From the NCBI GenBank assembly GCA_964016885.1, contig OZ024740.1, forward strand, positions 188,232,001 to 188,296,000: 64,000 bases of DNA, given 5' to 3'. Of the stretch, positions 15,160-28,186 are shown one piece after another. The stretch's first letter is position 1. Each line of letters starts with the position of its first letter. Position numbers and translations under genes: made by a program. The notes below the pieces were generated by a model. It was not told the DNA's origin and did not search any database. It worked only from the letters and a program-made list of their open reading frames with translations. This DNA comes from Eledone cirrhosa (Eukaryota).

Positions 15160-15520
15160 ATCATCATCATCTCCCTTTAACATTTATGTTCCATGCTTGC
15201 ATGCATTAGACGGTTGTTGTATGGTGAGACTAGACTGGTCAGGAGACTATGTTCTGCTCATACACTTTGTTTTGGCTTGATGCCCTTCCTAACACCAACA
15301 ACTTTGGAGCATTGTTTCTATGGCTGCATGCCCTTCTTAAAGCCAACCATTTTACAGTGTATGCTGTGAGCATGGTTTCTATGGCTGTATGCCCTTCATA
15401 ACACCAACCATTTGAAAGCATTACTGTGAACATGTTTATTATGGCTGGGTGCCCTTTCTAGCATCAACTACTGTAGAAAGTGTACTAGGAGCATTTTGTC
15501 ATGACTCTGACACTACTACC
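15160..15520 (-). repeat. RTE 3'UTR-derived fragment with ~55-bp tandem unit x4
   Basis: (cat)n tail plus repeated 'tatggctg.atgcccttc.taac.ccaacca', the reverse complement of a motif in the RTE 3'UTRs at ~30775 and ~32715. Confidence 0.65.
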
Positions 15521-16779
15521 TTACATGGGGGATTGGGTGCTGTTTTAGGGATATGAGAGTTCAGCAGGAAATTTGAATCAGTCAAGGATCCCCCTTCCTA
15601 ACATGGAACATATTGGCTTGTGTTCCATCAAACTATTTAGAATATTTTAATCATAACAACTTGACCTAAGGTTTAAATAACCACTATTGTTCTTTAAAAA
15701 TTTAATTAAAAATGTTGATATTTATTTGTTTACATGCCTCTTTCCTTTTACTGTAATAACAACATAGTTTTTCTCTTTCTTTCGCTCTTACTACTTGGCA
15801 AAACGGATAAATAGCTCATGATACTGACTTTCAAGATCTTTCTAACCTGTTGTCCTTTACTTCATACAATCATTGAAATCTTGTTAGCATTTGTGATAAT
15901 GTGCATGGCATAAGTTATGTGAAGCTTAAATCTTGATTTTTCAAATATTTCCACTGATCAACATTGCAGACAATTAGTAGGGTTTCAATTATATGAGTTT
16001 TCTTAATGCCAGCTTATTAATCTGACTGATTAAAAAAGTGCTTAATTTTATCCTTATTCAGTTTACCACAGAATATCTGAATAAGCATTAATATGTTAGG
16101 GGTTTTAATGTCAATATTTCTCTGTGGGTTCTTATAGAATAGAAATAATCTCATATTTATCTCAGTCAACAATCTAGCTTTCATGCCTAGTTGTAAGTAT
16201 TTCACTTCAGTAGCATTGGTAATGCCCTTATAAAAGACAAATATTACAACTTAGATTTTTGTTGTCTCTCTGCTGTCATTAGGGATAATCACATATTAAT
16301 GGATAATGTTGGTTATGAACAGTCAAGCAGAAAATACAGACATTTGATGTTTTCACTGCTTATTTCACCAGGGTATGAAATAAATTAATAGTTTATCAGT
16401 TTTTGCTTCTGCACCATTCATTGCTAAGTTTCAGACTGCTGTAACATTGCTAAGTAGTGATATGTTCATAAAATATTTAGACTAATTACATTTTACATTC
16501 ATTTTCATTATGAGAGATTGTATTAACATAATAAAATGTGCCAGAGTTATCTCTTGATAGAGCACCAGAACAAATTATTTCTCTGTATGCTGTTAGTTAA
16601 TATTAATAGTTTAGACATAGAAATATTTTCATTTGAGCTAGACATTTTGCTGATGACTTTTTGTATGTTATACTCTCCTAACAAAGAAAGTATTCATGTA
16701 GAAACATTCATATTTAACTAGACAAAGTTCTAGCTAGTTCTGCTTTTATATATATTTATTTACCACAACTAAAAAAGGT

Positions 16780-17016
16780 TTAACCCTTTTGATACCAAAC
16801 CACATGACGCTGACTCTGATTGTACAATATCATAACTGATTCTGTTATGCTTATCTTAAACACACTTTCTTCATAATTTTATGTAAGAAATTCTGTTATA
16901 TTTCAGACACTATCTTAAAGAGAAAGTTATTTTAATAAATGTTTTGATTATTTTCAAAATTATTTGAAAAATAATAAGCATCTCTTACATTCGATATATG
17001 GTAATGAAAAGTTTAA
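16780..17016. mobile_element. Possible piggyBac-type MITE
   Basis: TTAA-CCCTTTTGATACCA ... TGGTAATGAAAAGT-TTAA; imperfect TIRs with TTAA ends. Confidence 0.35.
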
Positions 17017-19189
17017 ACATATACTTGTTTTCTGTCTTGCCTTACCTTAGGTACTGTTAAACCTCTAATGATATATTTTTTGCTACAACTGTGTAAATAT
17101 ATTTTGCGACAGAATCTTCAAGATCATGGTTACCAATTGTTGTGATAGAGCTATGTCATGATTTGATCTTTGCAGGAAATCACTTGACTGAAAAGGAAAT
17201 CATTTCCATTCTGTTCAGCATCTATAAATAAGACACACAACCTGTGGATCTAATTTCTGATAAATTTATTAAAACTCGATAGAAATATTCAGTTCTCTAG
17301 AATATAGAGCAAATCATGTTAAAAGAAGCTCTCTTATCCACTCGTTGTGACTCATAAAGATATGCATCAAACATGCTAAAATTTAATGTAGAAATAAGGA
17401 GTTAAAACCTGAATATATTGATCATATTCCTTACTGTAGAATGTATAAACCTTTTATTTTTTATTTAACACTTGTTTACAGCTTTGATTTATAAGAAGGC
17501 TTTTAGTTTGCTTACTCTATGGGAACATCCAAATTGTATAAATATATTGATTTTGAAGTTATTGAAGGATATGCTTACACAAACTAATTCTTACAATTAT
17601 TTTTATGAGTATATAACTAGATGTGTTCATCAATAACACTGTCACAATCAAATCCATTATAAATGGGTGGTTTTCAATTAAATGGAAGTAACTGACATTT
17701 TATGTTAGGCTGTTTACTTTTACTCCTGTTATATTAATAAAGTTTTTATGAAGCCAGTTAGCCATTTTTGATGTTGTTTAGTTTTAAATCTTCTTAATTT
17801 TGTTATATATTTAGATGTTACCTAAGACAAGATCAGTCAAATTAAGATGAAATAGAAAAGAATGTTATGAGCTTGGAAGATCAAAAGGAGATTAATTGCT
17901 GATCTATTGATAAACTAACAATTTTATATATGTGCTAGTGTTGGTAAAATATAAATAGTTGTTTGATAATGATTAATTTATATGCATTAAAGCTTTAGAT
18001 AGTGGTGCTTTTGATTTATTTATTTGTTATTAATACAATTAATATTATATGTGACAGTAAACGTAGTAGCGTCACTTACCTACTTAATTTCCTTGTACTA
18101 TTTAACTTCATGTTAGCATATGAGTACAAAGACCTTGGGTTGACTTTGACTTTCATTACTGAATCAAAGAAAGTCCTATTATGTAATGTATAATTAATCA
18201 ACAATATTTCTCTCTTAGGAATGTGTGGCCTTGAGTCAATGTAAGAATTTTCTATTTCTAGTGTTGTATGAAGTGGTTCTGATGTACAAAAGAGTGCACG
18301 GAAATTATGTTGGGAACATTGAAATAATAATACAACTGACAAAATTGTAGACAAAATGCAAAAAGAAGCAGGTATAAATGAAATCCACAGAAATATGAAA
18401 ATTATAATTCTTATTTCACACTTAAGAGGAAAAAATATGAGAAAGTCATGAATGACATAAAGTCTCTATCAGTCCCAATGGGATATTCTAAAAAGGAATA
18501 GTTTTCTTTGATCACTTAATTGGGCAGTTTAAGAAAATATAAATAACAGCATTTTTACTGTTTAATCTGAAAGGGCATCTATGACTAGTGGGAGGAAAGA
18601 AGGTAGCTATTCATAAATTAGAGGTCTGATCCAAATGTTTACAACAGAATAGACCACAGGGGATAGATTAAGTCTACCATCCAAGTAAGCCACAGTGGAA
18701 TGTGAACCCATATTGCAAAGAACAAATACCAAATAGCAAATACCATGAGGCATCTCATTCAATACACTAATAATTCTGGTTATCTACTATCCTAGAATGG
18801 CATTTCATTTAATCAACCTCCAAAAGAATGAAAAGCAAAGTTGACTTTCTCTCTCTCCATTAAAATTTATCATACACTCACACATACTTTTCCAATCTTC
18901 TCACGGACATATGCTACACTACCAATATTTTATACACACACACACATACACACACACACACAAAACTACTTCTACGCACATATACATTACACACACTCAA
19001 ACTTACATTCACTCACACATACATGTCCACTACCACTAACACATCTCTATCTCTTTTACTTTACACAATTTACCTTTAAAAATCATGCAAGTTTAAACAT
19101 ACACTTACAATCACACATATAAAATTACTAATACATACACACTCCACTTTGTGTACCTACTCATTAACAAGACACCTGACGGTTTTTGT

Positions 19190-19712
19190 GTTTTCACAAA
19201 GTATCATGAAAGTTGAAGCACCCCAAAGATCAATTACAAAAAAGATCGATGGCATGACAGGCCTTGACTATTGGAGTCGATTAGTTTTCTTTATTTTCTC
19301 CAACGTCGCCATGAGCGCTACATTATCTGCATGATGTGGAAAATATTCCATCAGCTTTGCCCAAATGATGTTGGCATCACCTTTAATGAACACCCATCTT
19401 GTGCCCCGTGCTATCCGCCCATGACAAAAAGCTCACTCGCATCTCATAACAACAATACAACACAATTATTTCACCTCAATTGGCCCCAAAACGCATTAAA
19501 ACAAAAACAGACCCCATCAACTTCAAGAAGTCTTTGGACAAATTCCTTCAAGAAATCCCAGATAAATCTCCTACACCCAGATATGCCTCCGTAAACAATA
19601 ACTCTCTACTTGAGTGGGCCATTGTGCCCAAATCATGATTTGAAAGACTTCATGAGGTGGTGCTATTAAGTTAGACATGGCCTGGGCCAATACTGGCCAA
19701 AACCTATCAAAG
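19190..19712 (+). mobile_element. CR1/L2-group LINE 3' fragment (ORF2 C-terminus, frameshifted)
   Basis: Joined frames give KVEAPQRSITKKIDGMTGLDYWSRL / LQRRHERYIICMMWKIFH, typical of the CR1-type post-RT domain. Confidence 0.7.
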
Positions 19713-19715
19713 TTA

Positions 19716-19763
19716 TGTATATCTATATATCTATCTATCTCTCTCTCTCTATATATATATATC

Positions 19764-19840
<77 letters not shown>

Positions 19841-19845
19841 GTTTA

Positions 19846-19911
<66 letters not shown>

Positions 19912-19942
19912 CATGTATATATATACATACATGTATATATAT

Positions 19943-19985
<43 letters not shown>

Positions 19986-20025
19986 TGTGTAGATAGATAT
20001 ACATATGTAGATAGATAGATAGATT

Positions 20026-20073
<48 letters not shown>

Positions 20074-20084
20074 CATGTATATAT

Positions 20085-20138
<54 letters not shown>

Positions 20139-20196
20139 AGATAGATAGATATACATATGTAGATAGATAGATAGATTTACATGTATATATATATAT
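19716..20196. repeat. Large compound (TA)n/(GATA)n/(TACA) microsatellite
   Basis: Directly visible. Confidence 0.95.
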
Positions 20197-20913
20197 ATTA
20201 AAGGTATGTGTTCCTACATGTAATTAATACACATAGGGACATAAGTATAGTCTGACCGTATGCCAGTGTGTTTCAATGGCAAGTTAATAAATTAACAAGC
20301 CAGAACATATAAAATCAAGGCAGTGTAAACACAGAAAATATCCTAGAAAAATATAGATTCCAAAAAATTCACTGTACTTACTATGTGTGCCCTTAACGCG
20401 GTTTCAGATCCCAAACAACTAGATAATCCAGCGGAATTTCATTGAGAAAGAGATCATCGTCAGAAGGCTTTTCTCTCTTGGAGAATATAAAATTCCTGAG
20501 TTCAAATTACAAACTGGCGCCATACAAAACTGTCTCAGAATGAGAGTAAATGAATGATGAAACAATTTTGTCTAGTACCGTGTGCAAAGACAGAAAGCAA
20601 AGTGGACAGGTCAATCCTGTGCTGCTAAAAATAGCAGCCGTTCAAAGACCAAAGGTTTCTCTACCGTTGGGGAGAATAATATTAAAGGTATGTGTTCCTA
20701 CATGTAATTAATACACATAGGGACATAAGTATAGTCCGACCGTATGCCAGTGTGGTTCAATGGCAAGTTAATAAATTAGCTTGGATTATCTATTTGTTTG
20801 GGATCTGAAACTATGGTAAGGGCACACATAGTAAGTACAGTGAAATTTTTGGAATCTATATTTTTATATATTTTTTAGGATATTTTCTGTCTTTACACTC
20901 CCTGAATTTATAT
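20195..20913 (-). mobile_element. Non-autonomous Penelope-like/retrozyme-like element with partial tandem and inversion
   Basis: Direct repeat 20197-20294/20681-20778 (period 484 bp); inverted segment 20782-20913 mirrors 20307-20430; hammerhead inside; TA flanks. Confidence 0.8.
20391..20467 (-). ncRNA. Hammerhead ribozyme motif (type I, long loop II)
   Basis: Minus strand: CCTT-CTGACGA-T-GATCTC..GGGATC-T-GAA-AC-CGC-GT-T-AAGG. Confidence 0.7.
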
Positions 20914-20999
20914 ATATATAGAGAGAGATAGATAGATATAAATATGTATAGATATATAGATAGATATACATATGTATATATATATAGATAGATATACCT

Positions 21000-21165
21000 A
21001 TCATCATCATCGTCATCATTTTACGTCGGCTTTTTCCTGCTTGCAAGGGTTGAACGGGTCCTATTCAGCACAGCATCTCTCTACTTGTCACGGTCCTTCG
21101 TCATCTCCTCAGTGAGTTTCAGCGATCTGAGGTCTGCTCTTACCACCTCCGCCCATGTTTTACAT
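21000..21165 (-). mobile_element. RTE LINE 3' end fragment
   Basis: Closely matches 36948-37105 (catcatc..ttttacgtc..cctgcttgcaagggt..ttcagcacagcatctctc). Confidence 0.8.
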
Positions 21166-21234
21166 TGTCTACCACTTCTGCATCTTCCTTCTACACATGT
21201 ATATATATAGATAGATATACATATATATATATAT

Positions 21235-21698
21235 TATTCAAAATATTAACAAATGAAAAATATTCTCATAATCAAAATATATACTTTATTATAAATATTT
21301 CAGAGGTACTGTGTTATTTTTTCAGTAAATCCTCATCAGACTCTATATATGATTTGATATATGACATACCACTACGGTCTTGATTGTTCAATTCCAGTAT
21401 TGGCAGTCAATTAGAAAAGCTCAACCTTTGCTAATACTGGAATTGAACAATCAAGACCGTAGCAGTATGTCATATATCAAATCATATATTTTGTCTGATG
21501 AGGATGTACAGAAAAAACAACACAGTACCTCTGAAATATATATAATAAAGTATATATTTTGATTATGAGAATATTTTTCATTTGTTAATAATTTGAATAG
21601 TATTAAAAACTCCATGAAAACGCTACTGTTGAGTGCTTCTAATCTATTGTAAAAATCGTATTCATTGAGTACTCAACGAACCATACTAATCTTTAGTT
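21235..21698 (+). mobile_element. TA-inserted fold-back element with mirrored hammerheads
   Basis: Arms ~21235-21405/21429-21599, tail 21600-21698; related to 31253-31626. Confidence 0.85.
21485..21554 (+). ncRNA. Hammerhead ribozyme motif (minimal type I)
   Basis: TATATTTTGT-CTGATGA-GGATGTAC..GTACCTCT-GAA-A-TATATA-T-A-ATAAAGTATA; mirror copy on the minus strand ~21281-21345. Confidence 0.7.
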
Positions 21699-22009
21699 AT
21701 ATATATAGATAGATATACATATGTATATATATAGAGATAGATATACATATGTATATATAGATATACATATATATCTATATATATATACATAGATAGATAT
21801 ACATGTCAGAGTTATCCTAGTTTGCTGAATTGACTTCTCCTAGAAGAATGCCCTGACCAAGTCTAGGGGTTCTTCACTCCCAGTGGTTTAACTGCATGAT
21901 CGGGTATCCAGACCGATTATTTCTATGTCCCTGCACATATATACACATATGTACACATGTACATACATATATACATATACATGTACATATGTATATACAT
22001 ATTCACACA

Positions 22010-22202
22010 TTTTTGGATGGGTGCTGACTCTTATGGGTTCTTCCGCCCTTTGTCAGGTTTTGCTTTTTGTCCTGTAGTGTGTCCAAAATCACCCTCCTCA
22101 CCAAGTAAACATGGTGGGGCTGCCAATTTAGTCACCGACGACCCGACCATGTGACAGGTTGTACTGGGTTTCATTCTACCTGTAGCACTCAACAGTGACC
22201 CA
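22010..22202 (-). mobile_element. Interspersed repeat fragment (probable LINE 5'UTR)
   Basis: Reverse complement of ~43925-44135. Confidence 0.6.
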
Positions 22203-22204
22203 AC

Positions 22205-22238
<34 letters not shown>

Positions 22239-25200
22239 CACACCTATAGTGCCATAGTAAAATGTACTCAGCCCATACTGTTTAGTAGTGCTAGTAGCAC
22301 AAAAAACACCTACCTCCTTGTAGAAACCATGCCAAAATTAAATTTATGAGCAAGACATAGTTGGCTGACTTGCTTGCCTAGCTCAATGTGTGACAAATTA
22401 ACTCATTCAAGCATGGAAAATAGTGATGGTAATGATGATACATGTCCACACATGCTCACACCCATTTAGGGTAGACATGTGTGCCACATTTTGTATTTAC
22501 ACTCAACTTACAACTTCCTCATCTGGACTGAGAAACCAATAATATTCCTTTATTCATAGTTTGTTCTTGTGAAATGTAAGAAAGCTTTCTCATTTGTTGA
22601 ACTTACATAAGAATATATGATTTACCACATTAAATGTATAGAGATGGACTAGATGGTATATTTTATATTGACAATACCTTACATTTTCAATGAGTTAATA
22701 CTTGTTTGCAGTTTTTATCACTGAAGCCTCAAACCTGAGATTATTTGAAAACTATAAGTAAATTTATGACTTTTTCCAGGGATTAGAAATTGAATGATGG
22801 AAAATTGAGTGTAATCAGAAGTCAGAATTGAATTATATCTGAACAAAAACCATAAATTGCAATACCAAACAATACTCTTCAAATCAATATTCAACATAGT
22901 ACCGTCAATAAATCATTTCTTTTTGATATGCAATCTTTATGGTTCATTGTCCCAAAATGAGATTTCAAATCGACACCAACTTTGATATGTTTTTGCACAA
23001 ATCAAAGAAACAAATGAGAATTCATCCTATTTGATGAAGCATGGATTTGTTCTGAATAATATCCCGCACAAAATGTTTTGTTTTCTCATACATTAAGATA
23101 TCCTTCATATTCAACAGTTTTTGTTCTTTGTGTGTAGACTTTATACACATCAGAAAATAATTGAACATTTACAAGAGTATAGAGCCATGGTGTTATATTG
23201 ATAAACATTTATTATCTTTCTGTTTATTTAATGTTCTTTGTATTATTTATAAATGTAACATAAGTCATTTTAATGTGGAATGTACTCTTTAAAACTCTGC
23301 TCCAGTTAAACTTATGTTTTACACAACTTTGTTTGAATTTCCACTGTGATGCACACATTAGTTTCTCATCTAATAGAATTTCATATAGCATATCGTTGAT
23401 GAATGGTTAGAGTGTTTGAATGATGTATTTGACTCCTTGTTATGAGTCATGAGTTCAAATTGATTTACACCATTTCTTTGTGGGCCTGGAAAAAACATTG
23501 CCTCTGTTTATCTAGCTAGCAAGAATTAGAAAATTTTGTATGGTATAGAAGTCAACATAAATCTGTAATCTGATTGATAGCATAAAACTGAAGCTAAGCA
23601 AGATTTCTTCTGGGGATTAGAATGACATACGTTTTTTTTATTTTATTGTTTTTTTTTTTATTAATGGATTATTTCATTTGATCACCTCATGCATTCAGTA
23701 TGTGATCTATCCCTGGAAATACAAAGTAGTTATCAGAATACTTTCTCCTGGAATTTATATATTACATTGAGGATTATCAATTTTTTTAGGAAAGTAAAAT
23801 AAATTTGATTTACAGAAACTTTCTAGTTTTACAATGAATGCAGGAATAATAATATTTTTATTGGAACAGGACAATACATTAGTAGGGAAAGTGTGGAGTT
23901 GATTGAATCAGTTCCAGAACATGCTTAATACTTATAAACACCAGAGAGATCAAAGATAAAGAACACCTGGCATGATCTCAGAATATAGGGGGACAAAAAT
24001 ATATACCTCTTGCTATTTATTCATGTATACTACCAATTCATCTGATACACCAGAGGCCATGAAAGTGACAGTATTAATAAAGTGTTAGTATTTAGCTGCA
24101 GCCTATCGGTTCTGAGTTGAGTTCCCACTAGGGTTAACATTGCTATTTGTCATTCTGGAGTTAATGAAATAAAGTACCACTCAAATACCAGTGTTGATGC
24201 AGTTGAGTATACTACATCAAAATGAAAGTTTTGTAACAAATAGAAACCAATATTAATAACAATAACAACAGCAATTCCATAATTTTAGCCCAGCCTTATT
24301 TTAATTTTAATAAAGATGGATATACCAAAATCAATCTTGGTGGAATCAAAGCTCAAACATTACAATATTTTATCATGAGTGAATATGGTGCCAAATCTGT
24401 CATTGATGTGCACAGGGGGTTGTAAAATAGATTTTGTTTTAACGATTGACAAAATATGACTTCATCCACTTGCTGGGTGGGGTAGCACTCTTTGAATTGG
24501 ATGAAGGAAACAATGTTTCCGTCAGTCTTTCCATTGCTGTACTATCTACCAGTTGCTATTTCTGGCAAAAAGAGTAAATGTGAAATAAAGTGATTTGCTC
24601 AATAACATAATGCATTACCTGGTACATGAATCAAATTCACAACCTCACAATTGTGAATACAATTCTCTAAACACTAAAGCATACACCTTCTCAAATATAG
24701 GAATACAATATATTTTATTAGCCTGAAAAACACAGAATGTAAAGAGAGAGAACTACTAAGTAATGTTTTCTAACATAGAAACAAATTGTGAGATTCTGAA
24801 GAGTAAATACAATTTAGCTGGCACCAGTACATGATTTGTATTTTATTGTATTGATCCTGGATGGATGTGAAATGAAATTTGTTTTTATTGAGGTTTGAAC
24901 TCAAAACACAATGAGTCATAACTAAATAGGATAAGTATTTGTGTTGGACACTGTTGATCCACCTACAAATTATCTAGTCTGGTGTACTACCAATACTGCC
25001 ATCCCACTGTATTTTAACTTTAACTAATTGGAATACTTAATAACAATTGTTTATTGCATAGTTACAAAGATTAATATTAGTTCCTACATTTAGAGACATG
25101 AAGATGTGGTGAATGTGTGAAGTTGTAATATTAATTCTTTCCCTTAAGTGAGATAAGATAGCTCCGGCCAAGAAAAAAATATGGGTTAGTGATACAGCTC

Positions 25201-25551
25201 ACTCTAAACTTACATTAATTTAGCAGCATTTACTATAGGATGAGAAATGTCTTGCATAATCAGAAATCATTTAATAATGCTCTTTCAGTATATGTTTTTT
25301 AGAGGTGTATATTAAAAGTATTCATTCAGGAAGAGCTTTAAAATTATTAAAAATAAAAGAAATCCAAACTTCATACATCCCAGCAAATGGCAAAAGCAGC
25401 AACAATAAATATGAAATAGAAAGAATATTAAAATATAAACAATGTCTTCATGCACCAATGTATATATACAGTGATCAAAATTAAAAAACAAAAAGAAAAT
25501 GTAATATACCTAGTGGCAATAGTTTTATCATATATCATATTTCCATTTTGA

Positions 25552-25617
<66 letters not shown>

Positions 25618-26008
25618 ATACAAATATTGATATTCAGAATAAACAGAAATAATGGAAACAAACAAATAAATGGAAGAATAGTCATGAAGAAAAATATCAA
25701 TATAAAATCATATTTATATACACAAATAAACATTCCTTGATATATTTTTAGCAAACAGCTAGCAGTATATAATTTACTGATATATGTTAGAAATACAGTT
25801 AGTGAACTGATTGTCTTTGACATTGTATCTTATGACTTGTTTCTATGTTATTGAAAAGTAAAGCCGCAAAACTATTTATCTAATACAACCAGTTTTGCAG
25901 TCTATCATATTTTTGTTTCATTAAGCAAATTGTCTTTCCAACTCATATTGAAGGTGAAATTAACTAACTGTAAGTTAGATGATATTTCCATTGCAAAGCA
26001 CTTACTGA

Positions 26009-26045
<37 letters not shown>

Positions 26046-26936
26046 GATAATAATAATAAAAATAATAATAATTTTCATTTTGCTTTTAGTATTCTGTTCT
26101 ATTTTGACTTTGCTTATTTTATTTTATTTATGCTGCAGAAAACTACGGAGATGTGTCAGAATTTGGTATAGAAATATACTAAAAATATAGATATTGCACA
26201 AAATATAAATATTATTATATGCAGAGGAAAAAATTGATAATATAGTTAGTGGCAGGAAGATTTCATGTAATTGTGTGTAGAATCTGAAGGAGAAGAACTA
26301 TGTTTAGCTCAATGTCTATATATGTATGTAGAATTATATACAGAACTGTGTTTTTAATCACATTCTAGACTCAAAACCTTGTGACAGATGCAATATGTTA
26401 ATTTTTGCATATGTCACTTAAATGTGTTCTAAGTGTGTCTATATAGTGTGCTCCAATTCTTTTACTGATTTATTTTTAGCCATTATCTGTAAGGGAGAGA
26501 TAGTGTGTGTGTTTGTTTGTATGCAAGAAAGACACATATATCCACAGATAAGGTGGTATGTATTTCTGATGTATGAAAGATACCATCTTTTATAATTAAC
26601 AAATTATCCTGAGAAAGGAGATTAATTGATAAGTACATTTGAAATGTATATATATGTGTGTTCACGTGTCTGTTTGTTTCTAGAAAGTAAATTTCTACAC
26701 TACACACCTGTATTGAGTACTGAATCAGTTAATATTTGAATAGTTTTAAATACTATGGTATTTTAAACACACATGTTAATATATATATATATATATAATA
26801 GAAAAAACGAGAAAGTTGCGTTTACATAAGAAAAATATTTATTGTGTATCGACCTGTTACACGCGTTTCGCAGAGGATTGGCTCAAGGTGCATAGATTGC
26901 TTGATTTGGTACCAACACCAGTACTTCACTACCTAC

Positions 26937-26968
<32 letters not shown>

Positions 26969-26976
<8 letters not shown>

Positions 26977-27672
26977 GTTGAGAAGGTAACACACCAGAGA
27001 GAGATATATAGTGCGTTATCAATAATACAGGGGAAAAAACCACCAGTGTATGGAATCTATAACCTATGAAAGGCAGACTATAGACACGATAATTAAAAAT
27101 ATAAATTAAAGCGTAAATAAATACCTTTATAACTATATAACACACGTACAAATCCAAAGATATGTTTCACCAGAAAATTTGTTGAAAGAAATGGTCTAGT
27201 CTCGGTTCATCAGCGTGTGTAAGGCCATACATTTCAGACAACACTAAGAGAATTTTACAATTGACTGTCCAGCTACACGTGGGAGAGAGAAGTCACAGCG
27301 TGTTTAAGGGCAGTGAACCAGTGGCCTCTGAGAGACGAACTGCTAGAAAGGGCAGCCCAAAGCCACTCAGAGAAGTGTGCTCAACCAAACAGAGATAGGA
27401 AAGACTGTTGTTAGGAGCGAAATATCACGATAAATTAACGGAGGCATAGGCCATCGTTATTCCCTGTAAATAATGTGCTCAAAGGGGAAGAGATCCTGAG
27501 CCCTTTAAAATATAATATGTTGAGAAGGTAACACACCAGAGAGATATATCTCTCTCTGGTGCGTTACCTTCTCAACATATTATATTTTAAAGGGCTCAGG
27601 ATCTCTTCCCCTTTGAGCACATTATTTACAGGAAATAACGATGGCCTATGCCTCCGTTAATTTATCGTGATA
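26969..27672 (-). mobile_element. Non-autonomous Penelope-like/retrozyme-like element with partial tandem and near-perfect hairpin
   Basis: Direct repeat 26969-27009/27511-27549 (period 542 bp); hairpin 27422-27672 centred ~27547; hammerhead inside; TA flanks. Confidence 0.85.
27140..27220 (-). ncRNA. Hammerhead ribozyme motif (type I, all three stems)
   Basis: Minus strand: ACACACG-CTGATGA-ACC..GGT-GAA-ACATATC-TTTG-GATTTGT-A-CGTGTGT; GUA cleavage triplet. Confidence 0.8.
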
Positions 27673-27840
27673 TATATATATATATATATATATTTAAGAA
27701 GCAAAGAAAATTTCAATGATACGAAAGATTTCAGGGTGGAAGTTCATGTATACACCAGGTTGGAATCCAGTTTCAGGGTGAAAATCCAATTAGAAAATCC
27801 AACGAATTTTGAGAGGTTCCCGTAAGCATTGTTATATATA

Positions 27841-28138
27841 TGTATGTAAAAAAAACAGAAATAACAACACAATTGGTACAGTATATGGAAACGCCAGCAC
27901 CAACAGTTTTGCAAGAGATGTCAACATGAATGGACCTCTTAATTTTATCTAAAGACATTTTTTCCAATTCCAACCCACCCGTCCCCTCAATCCATCTTAT
28001 TTCTCATTCTTTCTTCTGATGAAGGACTAGTGTCCGAAACGTTAAGCCCCTCTTCCTGCTATTTCAAGCATTAACCTAATATATCCCTTCCATATACTGT
28101 TCCAATTGTGTTGTTATTTCTGTTTATCTTTTACATAT
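27841..28138 (+). mobile_element. TA-inserted fold-back element with hammerhead
   Basis: Inverted arms 27841-27890/28088-28136 enclosing a hammerhead. Confidence 0.8.
28013..28046 (+). ncRNA. Hammerhead ribozyme motif (minimal type I)
   Basis: CTT-CTGATGA-A-GGAC-TAGT-GTCC-GAA-ACGT-T-AAG; palindromic stem III. Confidence 0.75.
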
Positions 28139-28186
28139 ATATATATATATATATATATATGATATATATCATATATATATATATAT

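Noticed and set aside
15250-15480. CRISPR-like repeat-spacer appearance
   Set aside because: Whole unit is repeated and derives from the RTE 3'UTR; eukaryotic context, no cas genes
19677-20094. [12 protein letters not shown]-rich ORFs here and throughout the track
   Set aside because: Translations of microsatellites
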